Assembly (NCBI RefSeq): GCF_000372725.1
Contig: NW_005202428.1
Coordinates: 2,243,249-2,281,700 of the forward strand
Length of the DNA stretch: 38,452 bases
Direction of reading: 5' to 3'
Origin: Emiliania huxleyi CCMP1516
Lineage: Eukaryota
Every line of letters begins with the position of its first letter. Position 1 is the first letter of the stretch. The notes beneath the pieces were generated by a model. That model had not been told where the DNA came from, did no database searches, and was given only the letters and a program-made list of their open reading frames with translations. This document shows, piece after piece, positions 11,121-25,013 of the stretch. Both the position numbers and the translations under genes were made by a program.

Positions 11121-11519
11121 ATGGGGTCCCGCTGGGTCGTAGCCTTGCTAAGCGCGCTTTGCTCGCTCGCCAGCGCCAGCGTGCAGATCGGCAGCGACTG
11201 GCCCGCCGGGCCGCTGGGCGAGTCTACTTCGGCGCGGCGCGTGCTGCTGGACGCTGGCGGCGACGCTGCGGTGCGCAGCAGCCCGTGTCCCTCTCTGCCC
11301 CCCGCGTTGCGCGGCGCCGCCGGGCCTCTGTGCCCAACCCCGCATCGCGCCCGTCGCCGACAGTCGCGCGGACCGCCGCCCGAGGGCGTCGGCATGTTCC
11401 ACATCATCCTGTGGTCGTCGCTGGGCCTCGTCGTGGTCGGCTGGTTTGCTGTCCTCGCGATGTTCAACATGGACGTGGGCAACGACTCGCTGCTCTACTC
11501 CAAGGCGAAGATGGAGTGA
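11121..11519 (+). CDS. Small ATP6AP2/(pro)renin-receptor-like V-ATPase accessory protein (~101 aa; probable intron 11271-11363)
   Basis: Signal peptide MGSRWVVALLSALCSLASA. C-terminal TM plus tail FHIILWSSLGLVVVGWFAVLAMFNMDVGNDSLLYSK matches the Renin_r pattern F.IILW...NMD.G.DS++Y. Confidence 0.7.
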   Translation: MGSRWVVALLSALCSLASASVQIGSDWPAGPLGESTSARRVLLDAGGDAAVRSSPCPSLPPALRGAAGPLCPTPHRARRRQSRGPPPEGVGMFHIILWSSLGLVVVGWFAVLAMFNMDVGNDSLLYSKAKME

Positions 11520-12088
11520 GTGCCTGAGACACGCGATGGTCCGCGCAAAAACGGATCGCTGGGTGAGCGCACTGTGGGCGGCGCAGGCCCGCTGCAGGGG
11601 CGCGACGGCCGCGGCGGGGCACGCGTGCGTGCACGCGCGCGCACGCGCGCGCACACGCGCGCCCATTCGCGCCCACCTGCAGCGAAATCTGCAACCTTAC
11701 GTTACCTGTGCACATTTTCGTCCTGTGTTCGCCGTCACGCATGCCAGTCCCGCCAAGCAGATATTGCCCCCGCGCGCGCTGGGGATGGATGCTGCGCCTG
11801 CTTGCGTAGAGGGGCTTCCAATCTCATTAAGCGAAGGTGGTTGTTTATGGAAATATCGGAGCAGATGCGGCGCCTCGATTTTTGCAGCGAGCGCGACCCG
11901 AGGCTACTGTCTACTGAGCCTCAGATTCTGAGCACGTGAGCAGCCCAGACCCTGCAGGCTGCAGGGTGCGGCTGTCCTCTTTTTCATACATAAAACGCCC
12001 TGCGTCGCTTCGGAGACGGATGTCGGAGCACCGACGATCGTGTTTCTTCTGGTCGGCCAGGAGGCACGGAGGGTGGCCACCAAACCGC

Positions 12089-13952
<1,864 letters not shown>

Positions 13953-14476
13953 AGAGATATGTGCGGCCTCGTCGGCGGGGCGCTTTCAGCTCGTTTTGGC
14001 TTCGCGAGACCTTTTCGTCGTTTTTGGTGAAATTCAAATTGGTGCTAAGCGTCTAGCGACAGTATTTACGGCGCTTAAAGTCGCGGGACCGAAGTGTAGA
14101 GGTTATTTACATTATCTGGAGCGAAGACCAACACCGCATCCGCAACCCTCGTGTCGACGTGCAGAGCTAGTGAGAGAGGCGGGCTCAAGCGCCCAACGCC
14201 CCGTGGCCCCACGATCGCACCGGCTGCACACAGAGACTAAAGACACACGGGGCTTCTGAAAGGCTGTGACCTGTGTGTGGCAAAGGCTCACCCCATTGTT
14301 ATCATGGTCCGACTCCCGAATCGCCCTCCCCGGTGCTCGTCCCCGATGTGCACCCCGGGCCCGCGTCTGCGGCGGGCGCGGAGGCCCCCCGTGCGCCGAC
14401 ACACACGCGCAAGTTTGGGACGGCAGTGGCACGACAGCTGCCATCCCACCCATTGTTATGCCCCGCCGGCACGTCG

Positions 14477-16307
14477 TCACTCGCCGTCGGCGCCGCGCAA
14501 TCTGCGGCACGTGGCATAGACATGCTCGTACACCTGCGTGGCAGCGGGAGGGGCAGGGGTCGAGAGCAGCGAGGGGTGTGTCTGGATGGCGGAGGGGAGG
14601 CGTGGGGCGGTGCCGGGGCCGAGGGGTGAGGGGGCGGCGGCGTGAGGGGCGGTCTCTCGCCACAGCGCTGGCAGCGCTCTTTGGCACCAGCAGTTTGATC
14701 TCGGCTACATATCGGTTGGGTCTCGGCGATTTCGGCAGATCTGGCCGAGGTCTCGGCGTGATCTCGGCTACGTCTCGCCAAGAAGCCGATGGCGCTCATC
14801 GGCACCGCGCGGCACATCTTGAGCCCGAAGCCAGAGTACATCGCGGCGACGCCCCCCTCGCGCCAGAGCTGCCTGAGGGGAGACGCCGCCGTGGACGCGT
14901 AAAGGGCGTGTGGGCGGCGAGGCGGCCCTCGCGCGAGCTCGCTGCCGCGTCGCCGCGAGGAAGCCTTCGGACGAGGAGCTCGCCTGGACGGCGCGTGTGG
15001 CGGCGATGCCCGCGTGTGTCGACAGGCGAGGAGGTGCGTCGGGGCGTTGGCAAGGAGGAGGACGTGACTGGTGCGGGTGGTTGTGTGTGCGAAGCTTGGA
15101 AGAGCTGCACGGCGGTGTGAAGGGGGGGTGAGGGGGCGACGGCCGCCACGCCTGCGTCGGGCGGCGGCAAACGACCCTCGTCTGCGCTGGCTGGGAGACG
15201 AGGGGGGGGAGGGGGGAGAGGAGGGGGGAGAGGAGGGGGGAGAGGAGGGGGGAGAGGAGTGGGTAGAAGGGAGTGGGTAGAAGTTCGGAAGTCCGCCTGG
15301 CAGCGCGTCTTGACGATGTCGAAGGGGTAGCCGACGGCCCACGCCGCCACCTACAGGACACGTCGCGGACGTGTCGCGGACGTGTCCAGGACACTGCCCA
15401 GGCCGCCCCAACGCGTCCACCGCCGCGCTTGCGCCGGCGGCGAGCTGCCGGCCGGTGCTGAGGGGCGGGTCTGGTGCCTGCGGGTCTGGTGCCTGGGCGG
15501 CGCGGGGAGGCGAGCAGGAGTCGAAAGGGGGTGGAGGCGACGGGGAAGGAGGGGTGGGAGGGGAGGGAGGCGTGGCAGGTGTCGGGGAGGTGTCTGGGAG
15601 GCGCCGCGCCTCGGCAGAGGCGGCTATCGGTCGCGGCGGCGCGAGCGCCGTCTTTGCAACCTGAGGGCGAGAGGAGGTGGGAGCCGGTGTCGGCGCGCCA
15701 GGCTTGGCGCGAGGGCCTGGGCTGGCGTTGCTGGATTCGCCACCTCATACGATGCGAACCAAACGCCGTGCGGCACCACGTCGCGCGCGATGGTGGCAGC
15801 GAGGCCCTGAGACAGGAGCGGCGGCAGCGTGTGCGAGTGGCCCGCCGCCGCGAGTTCTTTGACCAGCGCGCCCGCAGCGGCGAGGCCCCGCCCGCCGCCA
15901 CCGCCGCCGCCTGGCTCTGCGAGCTGTAGTCTGACCTTGATGAGCTCGACGGGCGAGGCGAGGAAGGACTGGGCGAAGCCGCCGACGCAGCCTCCGATGA
16001 AGACGGGCAACAGCGAGTTTGGCGTCTCGTCTCCGGTCTCGGAGAAGCGCTTGCCCGAGCCGTACCCAACAAAGATGAGGGCGTTGTTGAACGGCGTGCC
16101 CAGCAGGAGCGGTCCGACCCCGCGCCAGGCCGCGCCGAGCGAGGCACCGTCAAGCCGCATGAGCGAGCGGAGGGACGCCAGGGTGGGTCCTGGCTGGTGC
16201 GTCGTCGCCTGCATCCGCGTGACAGCCATGTCAAATGGCTGCGTCGCGAGCGTGGCCACCGCGCCAGAGACCCAGCCGGCGACGAAGTCGTCGACGTTGT
16301 CGGCCAT
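14477..16307 (-). CDS. Mitochondrial carrier (SLC25; carnitine/basic amino acid carrier-like), multi-exon
   Basis: Three Px[DE]xx[KR]-type signatures: PFDMAVTRMQ, PVELIKVRLQ, PFDIVKTRCQ. Also RDVVPHGVWFASYE and MYSGFGLKMCRAVPMSAIGFL. Last exon VYEHVYATC...DGE*. Confidence 0.88.
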
Positions 16308-16415
16308 CGTTGTGCGACCACACACACCGGCGCTGATAGTCTGCGGATGGCGGGGGGGGGCGGGGGGTGCAAGAAAACGAATAGGAATGTACAGAACGGC
16401 GGAACTCACAACTCA

Positions 16416-17756
16416 TCAGAACCTCACAGCCCTCGCCGCGAATCTGAACCATCCATCCACTCGGTTCAGGCCCGGGCAAGACGTGCCGCAGGGCCGTCCA
16501 GCGTGGCTGGGAGGGTCCCAGAAGCGGTCCGAGCCGGGCGCCGATAGATTCAGGGACATGCCGGCCCCAGGCGAGTCGCCGATGGCACTCACGCTCAACG
16601 TCCGCAAAGAGCGCCAAGTTCTTTGAGGTGCAGCACGCGTTCCAGCAGCAAGGCGCAATCTACAAGCTCTTTCAAGGTGGCATGATGGAGCTCTGCTGTT
16701 CGGGATGCCTCGCGCTACAGGCACGGACACCCCTGCCCCTGACGCTCCCCTCGTGCACGTGCGCATTGTGCTCTGAATGCTGCTCATGGCGTGCCTCCGT
16801 ACCTCGCAGGGGCTCGAGCGCAGGCGCAAAACAAGTACCAGAGCAGTGAAAACCCCGCTCACGAGCAGGGATTCCGCGGGTACACCATTATGAACGGAGC
16901 GGGGTACGGTCAACCTCAGTCCTTTTGCGCACGTGGGAAGGCTGGCGCAATGCGTGCACTCTGAACTCATGGCGCTCAGGGAAAGGACAGGACTCTCACA
17001 ATCTGCCACCCTCACAACCTGATCGAGCCGGCTGGCCGGAGATGGTGGTCATCACTTAGATGCCTGGAAATGCCGTCCAGGACGGTGCAGGCCGCGCTGC
17101 TCGTGCGGCTCCACAAACACCACCACGTCTGTGCCTGAGCTGAAGAGCGCTGCGCTCACAGTGCGCACCAGGCACTTAGAGTTTTGGCGTGCTCGAGACT
17201 CGAGAGCTCGACACTGCTCTAGGAGTACAGGACAACTGCAATGATTGTGCTGAAAGTGATAAGAGTGCCGACATGTGTGCCGAGAGAGAAGGCAAGCAAA
17301 CGAGAATGTGATGGGGGGTCAGTCGGGAGCGTCGCCACATGTGAAGGTTGAGGTTTTCAGCAAAATTATAACGTCATACATGCGTAAGGGCTGCCTCACA
17401 CGTCCAAGACGGCAGCCAGTCCGCTGTCCCCATCCGAGCAAGCTGTCGGGCATTTGCGCCGTGCGAGAAGCTGCCATTGGAAAGAGGAGAGAGGGATTGC
17501 GGAGGATGTGCTGGTTATGCGTAGTGTAGTTGACGACCGATGCTTCTTCTCCTCGATCCACCGCCGCACGGCACCTTCAGCAGCTGCTTCTTCCCACGGG
17601 TCGTGCCAGATCTCATCTTCCGTCAGCGCGCGCATTGTGCCGCCCGCTGCAAGCCACCCGCATGCGTCCGGTGTGAGTGAGTCTCGCAGACTCGCATGCC
17701 GAGTGTCCTGAGCAGTGCAGGTCTCTCCTCCTCCGGGCCGTCAGCGTCGCGGCCAT
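16416..17756 (-). CDS. Possible multi-exon hypothetical protein
   Basis: Protein-like segments (RALTEDEIWHDPWEEAAAEGAVRRWIEEKK; DVVVFVEPHEQ; VRVADCESPVLSL) bounded by plausible splice sites. No recognisable domain. Confidence 0.25.
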
Positions 17757-18291
17757 TCCCGGTCCCGCGGCCGGCACTGAGGGCCGATTGCGGCCGGATG
17801 GGAGTTACGAGAACGGAGTGCTGATGAGTTGTGAGAGCTGCGTTGGTTCTGCGCGAGGGCACTCTGGGACGCAAGCACGAACTCGCACGTCGCCGATGAA
17901 AGTGCGAAGCCGCTGTCGCCTTTCATCGTCCACGACAACGCCCCAAGTCCCAAGAAGCGGCCATATAGACCACGGGCCACACACCGCGCACACGCATCGT
18001 CGACACCACACACCCGTGCGCTAGCTCGATGCGCTAGCTCGTGACCAGCAGTAGTGTGCGCATGTGTGTGGTGAACGCAAGTAGAGGGTCTAGCTCGGCA
18101 GCGGCCCATGACGGGAGCGCCGCGCAGCCGCAGGCCGCGGTCACACGCATAAGGAGGTTGCCACCAAGTCGTCAGCGCGAGCGCGCCGACGACACGACGT
18201 GGAGGGGCGGGAGGCCGGAGGAGCTCGACGCGGATCGACGGGCCATGCAGCTACGCCCACCCGCCCTAGGTCAGCAGCGGGGCGACACTGC

Positions 18292-21200
18292 TCAAAGGAG
18301 CTTGAGCAACCGCTCCGCCTGCTGGATGTACCCTCCTTCCGGCTCGAGGCCGAGGGCCGCGTGGGAGGCTCGCAGTACATCGGCGATGGAGCCCGAGGGC
18401 ACTCCGACCAGATGTTGTATGCGTTGAACTTTGTCGGGGAGCGTCTCGTCGTTCGGGGAAACAGGCGGTGCCGGAGGCTGCTGTTGCGGCGAGGCCTCGG
18501 CTAGGTCTATGGCAAGCACGGCTGCGGGGTCCGAAGACCAAACGTCTCCCTGCGTCCAGGGAGTATGGCCCCAGCGCAGCTGCTCCACCTCGGTCGGGCT
18601 GGGGGTGCCCGAGGACGACGAGCCCCCCCTCCTTGTGGGCCAGCAAAGCGGCTCGATCGTGTGCGGGCTCACCGTCCCTGGAGGGGGCCCCCGCGGAGTG
18701 GGCCAACACAAGGGCGGCGGCAGCCCCACGGGGGGCGGCGGCGAAGGCGGCGGCGGCAGCACCTCGCGCGGCCTCGCAGGCACCGGCACATTCCGCAGCG
18801 CATCCTCGATCGCCGCGACGATCCGCGCCCGCTCACCCTCCTCGCGCGCCGCGCGCTCTTCCTCTGCAGATGGAGCTGGCGCGGCGGGAGGCGCGGGGAG
18901 TGGCGCGGCCAGAGATGCAGTGGGCGGGGCGGCCGGCGGGGCAGCGACGGGAGCGGCGACAGGGGCGGCGACAGGAGCGGCAACAGGAGCGGATGATGGG
19001 GCGGGGGCAGGAGGAGATGAGCGGCGTCTCTCGCGCTCGACCGAGGCCGCCGCCGCCGCCTCCTTGCGAGCCGCGCGCTCTGCCGCCGCCGCTGTCTCCG
19101 CTTTGACCCTCTCCGCCCTCCTTGCCGTCCTCTCCGCCTCGGCGGCCGCCTCTCGGCGCGCCGCCCGCTCCGCAGCCGCCCGCTCCGCCTCAATCCGCTG
19201 ACGCTCCGCCGCTGCTCTCTCAGCCTCGCGCGCCCGCTCACGAGAGAGCGCCAACGCCCTCTCTGCGCTCAGCTCTTCCGACTCGTCATCCTCCGAATCC
19301 ATGGCGTCGGAGGCGGTGCCGCCCGCCTCGACCTGGTCCGAGAGAGAGCTGGCGCTACTCACCGCCGGCTCGGCCGGCTTGGCCTCTCGCGCCTGCCCTC
19401 GCTTCTTCGTGCCCGACCTCTGCCGCTGCTTGTCTCGCTTGGCCTTGTCCTTGCTCTTCTTGGGCGCCTAATATGAGAGTCGGGCAGGCAGTTAGCGAGA
19501 CAGCCGAGTGTAGCCAGCGATTCTGGCTGCGCTTGCTGCGCAATCGGGGCATACTACGGACCGGCGCTCCCCGCCCAGTGACAGGCGGGCTCTCGGTTGT
19601 GCAGCGTTCTAGGAAACGGCGCCTTGCTCTTCTCCTCGTCCACTAGTGCGAGCAGCTCCTTCGCTGCCGCCTCGGCCGCCTCCTCTGCCGCCGCAAGCCG
19701 CCGTTGCTTTGCCGTGGCATCCTCCTCCGGAGCGGCACTCGCACCGCCGCTCGTAGTCTTACGCTTCAGGTAGAGCAGAGCTGCCGACGCCGCCCTCTGC
19801 GCGCCATCGTCATCACATCGTTGAAGCGCCTGGAGCGGGGGCAGCGCACCGGCTCTGGCCACCTCCAGGCGCACCGCCGGCTCCTTCGACATGCTGAGGA
19901 CCATCTTTGCGGCCTGCTTCTTTGTCAGGTGGCTCCCACTCTTCAGGAGGTGGACGAGCGGCGAGATGGCGCCCGCGTCTGCGAGAGCCACCGCGTTGGA
20001 AGTCACCTCGCTCGCGGCGCTGTCGTCGGCGAGGTGGCGCAGGAGGAACTTGGCCTCCTTCTTACCATCCTCGCTTCCGTCCTCGAGGAGGCCCACAAGC
20101 GGCGGCAGGGCTCCCGCCTTGGCCACCGCCACCGCATTCGCTGCGTTGTCCGCGACGAGGTTGCCCAAAGCAAACGCGGCCCATTCCTTTCCAACCTCGC
20201 TACCGTCGCTCATCAGGGCCACGAGCGGGGCCATGGCGCCAGCCGCGGCGACGGCCGCCTGGTTGGTGCGGCTGCGGTAGGTTATGTTGCCCAGCGTCAC
20301 CGCGGCCTCTTCCTTGCACTTCTCGCTCCCGCCGCTGAACAGGCGCACGATCGGTGTGATAGCGCCGACCGCAGCAATCGCAACCTCGTTAGCCACTGCA
20401 CTGTCCGAGGAGATATTGCCCAGCGTCACAGCCGCCCACTCCTTGTCGGTCTCGCTGCCGTCGGTCAGCCTCGCTGTCAGCTGCGCGACGAGCGGCTCGA
20501 TCGCGCCCGCCGCGGCGAGGGACGCGTTGGCCGCAGAGTGGTGGACAGCCACGGTGCCGAGCGCCTTGGCAGCAAAACCCTTGCCCGCCTCGGTGCCGTT
20601 GACCAGCAGCGCAGTGAGCGGCACGATCGCACCGGCCTCAACGATAGCGGCCGCATTCTCGGAGTCGCCGGCCGCGAGGAAGGCCAGCGTCTTAGCTGCG
20701 TCCTCCTTCGCTTCCTGGCTCTCGCTGCCGAGCAGTTCGAGCAAGGGAGCGATCGCGCCAGCCTCGACGATGGACTCGACATAGTCGTCGTGAAACGCGA
20801 TCCCGCTGAGCGTGCGTGCAGCGTGCACCTTTCCGTCTTCGCTTTCGCTGCCGAGCAGAGCCACCAGCGGGCCGACCGCCCCCGCCTCCGCAATGTCTAC
20901 GCACGTGTCGTCATGCTCCGAGGCCAGGTTGGCTAGCACGCCCGCCGCCTTTGCCGCAGGGTTAGGGGGGGAGGGCGGGTTTTCGTTAGCAACCGCAAGG
21001 AGAGCGGCCGTGAGAGCGGCGTCGAGCATCGCAGTGGAGTGACATGCAGCGCGTGCAGACAAAGGCAGTTGTGGAGTGCGAGGCTGCAGGGAGGAGTCTG
21101 GCAGGGAGGCGGCTGCGGCGAGGCGCGCCCACCTTTGCTGCACTCACGGCATCTCCCCGCTCGAGCTGCGCGACGAGGAACCAGAGCAGCTGGGTCTCGA

Positions 21201-21300
21201 TGGCCTTCGCGGCCAGGAACGGGTTTGACCCATCCGCGCCCTCCAGCTGCGTCATGAGGCCCTCGAGCTGCGCCACGAGCCCAAGGAGCGCCTCACTCAT
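18292..21300 (-). CDS. Armadillo-repeat protein with a charged/Pro-rich C-terminal region (3 exons)
   Basis: About 9 ARM repeats (AGAIAPLxxLL.GSE.GK..AA..LGN). Exon 1 from ATG 21300, GTGAGT donor near 21147. A GC-AG intron (19622-19468) joins the ARM ORF in frame to the 18292-19362 ORF. Confidence 0.8.
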
Positions 21301-22565
21301 CCCCGCGCGGGCAACCTAGCGCGGCGGGGGGTGGGCAGTGCACGGTGGCGTGGGCAGCCGGTGCGAAGCACTGCTAGACGGGCCGCGGCGGCGGCGGGCG
21401 GGCAGCACGAGGAGAGTGGCGGCAGCAATCTTGTTGCAGGGCATTCGGTCATGCTCGTGGGAGGGCGTCAGCGGCGGCTGCGGTCCACCTGGCGCGGCTC
21501 GACATCCAGAAGCGCCTCGCCCATGAGGGAGGAGTTGCGGTTGGCCTTCTGGACGATGTGGAGCTGCTGCCGGATCGAAGCGCACGCCTCAGCGTTGAGT
21601 GGGACGATTGACTTGTGATCTGAGGACGACCCTTCCAACGCTCCGTCGGCAATTGACAGCACGGGGGTCATGGGGCAGGGATTCACTTCCAGTACTTCGC
21701 TCATGGCGATCGCCGCTCGGTCACAAACCAGGGCTAGCTTATGGCACCCGCGCGTCCCGGCGGGCGCGGCGCGACACTTCCTTTAGGGCCGCGAGAGCGC
21801 GATCCGGGCGGGCGTGTTCTGAACCTCCAAAGTTAGTTTTTCGCGAGAGTAAAAGCCCTCGCCTACCGTCCGGGGTCCGGGAATGTGCAAACGCGTTGCG
21901 TGTAGTGAATGAAAATGAGCAGGCACACGCTATGGGGTCCCTGGAAGCGATGTACGTTCGATATGTGCGCCTGCTCCATCCATCCAGCGCGACGACCGAC
22001 CGACAGACGAACGACGGGGTGTCATCGTCACGGACTCAAAACAAACAACTGCACGTCTCGCGCGCGCGTGAACAGGGCTCCAGGCCCCAAATTACGTGTG
22101 AGTGTTAGAGTTGTTTGGTAAAAAATCTCTCTCTCGGACTCACGGTCCCGTCCTGTTGACGCACGAGACCTCGACCTGAGAGAGAGATGTGTTTGTCGAC
22201 CTGCACGCCCGGAAGAGCCTCGGGCGGGGCCGCAGCCCGCAGGGGACTCAGATGTCCGGCCAGCAGCCGGCTCTATAAAGCCTAGCCTCTAGCCTTTTCT
22301 TCATTGGGGCATCCACCCTCCACCCTCCGTCCCTCCCGCCTTCCCGCCCGACGACCTCCAAAGCCCGTAGCCCGAGTGTGACCCGGCTAGCCACATCGGC
22401 AGGGAGGCTGCAGGACCAAGAAAGAGAAACTCGCGCGAGAGCAGATTGCTGGTACCTGGTAATAAGAAATCGCTAAACAAGAGCAAGAGGCGCCCAGCTG
22501 AAGCGTCTCTCACGCTCGACATTTTGCCAGCGGCTTACGCATCCCTCTGGAAAGCTTGCGCTCGA

Positions 22566-24128
22566 ATGGGCTGCACTGAGTCCAAGCCGGAGTCCACCGA
22601 CCCCGCTGAGCGCTCGGGGCGCGCCACCGCCCAGCCGAGTGGCGGCGCACGGTCCACAAAGCGGTCGACCAAGCAGGAGAGCGACAAAGAGGCGAAGACG
22701 GTCAAGCTGCTGGTCCTCGGCGCCGGCGAGAGCGGCAAGTCGACGCTTCTCAAGCAAATGAAGGTTCTGCACAAGGGTGGCTACTCGGAGGGCGAGCGCG
22801 CCGACTTTGCAAAGGTGGTCCACTCCAACGCGATCCTCTCGGCGCGTTCCGTCTTCGAGGGCTTTGAGAGACTCGGGATCGCGATGCCCGAGGAGCTGGC
22901 GCGCGAGCAGACGGCCTTCGAGTCGGACCCAGCGAGCGGAGACGAGCACCTCACGCCGCAGCTCGGCGAGATCATCGCTCGCTTGTGGGCGCACCCGGCC
23001 GCGCGGAAGGTGTTTGAGCGGAGGGCAGAGTACCAGCTTAGCGACTCAGCGGAGTACTACTTCGACAACGTCGACCGGATGGCAGCCGACGGGTACGTGC
23101 CGACCGAGCTCGACGTGCTGCGCTCTCGCATCCGCACGACCGGCATCGTGCGGACAGACTTCCGTCTGCACGGCAACGACTTTGCCATGTGCGCTCGCCA
23201 CCAGCCCCGGGCCGCCATCCCGATGCGCGCACGCCCCGGGCGCGGTCCGAAACGTCTTGGTGCGTGCCAGGTACGACATGGGCGGCCAGCGCAACGAGCG
23301 CCGAAAGTGGATCCACACCTTTGAGGGCGTCAACGCCATCATCTTCGTCGCTGCGCTCTCCGAGTTTGACCAGGTCTCCCTCCTCCCTCCTTCCCTCCCT
23401 CCTTCCCCTCCCGCCCCTCCCCTCCCAGGCAGTCTCACTGCCTCCTCGCCTCCTTGCTCTCACGCTCTCCCTCCCCCCACCGACGCTCTCATCCTCACCC
23501 ACCTTTCCCGCCCTCCCTTCAGGTCCTCTTCGAGGATGAGTCGCAGAACCGGATGCAGGAGAGCATCAACCTCTTCGAGCAGGCACGCGCCCCACCCTTT
23601 TGGCACACTCCGTCCCACCGATGCCGATCCCTGTTCGCAACACACTCTCCCACCATTTCTCCACGCTTGCCGGCCGTCGCCCGCAGATTGTCAACTCCAA
23701 GTGGTTCGACAACACCGCGGTGATCCTCTTCCTCAACAAGCGCGACCTGTTCGAGGAGAAGCTGAAGCGCGTGCAGGTGGCGGACTACTTTGAGGACTTT
23801 GGCGACCGCGACAACGAGTTCGAGCCCGCCGCCGACTTCTTCCGCCAAAAGTTCCTCGCAAAGTGCAAGAACCAGAGCAAGACCATCTTCACGCACTACA
23901 CCGTCGCGACCGACAAGAAGCATGTGGACCTAGATCCTCAACACAGACCCGTGATATAGCCGAGACGTAGCTCTCGCTCGTCCACACAGTGCGAGCCTCG
24001 CCCCTGGTGAGACATCCCGCCCCGGCACCAACATGAGCTCACCTTCACCCAGGAACGTGGACCTCGTCTTCAAGTCGGTGGTCTCGTCAATACTCGAAGA
24101 CAACTTGAAGGCGTCGGGCCTCATGTGA
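22566..24128 (+). CDS. Heterotrimeric G-protein alpha subunit (5 exons)
   Basis: MGC lipidation N-terminus; [43 protein letters not shown]; ends [12 protein letters not shown]. Introns 23189-23270, 23374-23522, 23583-23686 (GC) and 23920-24052 (GC). Confidence 0.95.
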
Positions 24129-25013
24129 GGCGGCAAAGACGCCGCGCCACGCCCAACCCCTGCCCCGCTGCTCCGTCGTCGCTTGCTTGCCGCCTCGAAG
24201 TCGCGCCCCAGGCTGTGCCCGCTTCCCTTTTGTGTTCAGTTACGTAGCGAGCGAGTATCAGATAGTGCTCGCATTTATGAGCTCCTATTAGTCGCACATC
24301 TTCCTAAGACTTTGGCTAAGAACACTCCACATCTCAGACCTCGAGTCGCACTTTACTCTCTACGTTTCCGGACAAGACTCAAGAACGTTAATGAGGGGCT
24401 GCGAGACGGCGCCTCGCGGGGGTGTGCGCTACCATCCGTTGCGCGTTGGACGTTGCTCGTTTGGGGCAGCGTCTCGTCAACATTTCTCATATGCGCGAAC
24501 GAGGAGAATCGGCGTAGGAATCCCGGCAGGCATCCGTTGTTGGAGGCCTGCTCAAAGGGTGCCAAGGTGGTCGCGAGATGGCATGCGAGTTTCACGAGGG
24601 CTTCGCGCGTGAGAGCAAGATAGATAAGGGAGTTTAGATTACAGCGCTCGGATACTCCACGTCACGTGCTCAACGGGGCATCGGGCCCACATCGGGCGCG
24701 CGTTTGCTCGGACAAAAGACGAACAAAAACAACTCAAAAGACGAGGCTCCAGCAAGGCCAAGGGGCGAGTGGTGAGGGTCGAAACCGTTTTTCTTATTGC
24801 AATAGGCGAACTTGTCGCAACTTCGCAACACCAACCACGCCCGCAGTCTGCGTCTGCGTTTCCCCTACTACCGCCGGCACGATCCGCGAGCACCACCGCA
24901 CGCCGCAAGTCGGTTCCCTTTCCGCTTTGCAGATAATGCCGAATCACCCGGCCTCGCCCAGGACGACCCACCAACCACGAGGCTCGCAGAGGCGATGGTC
25001 CCGGATACAGTCC

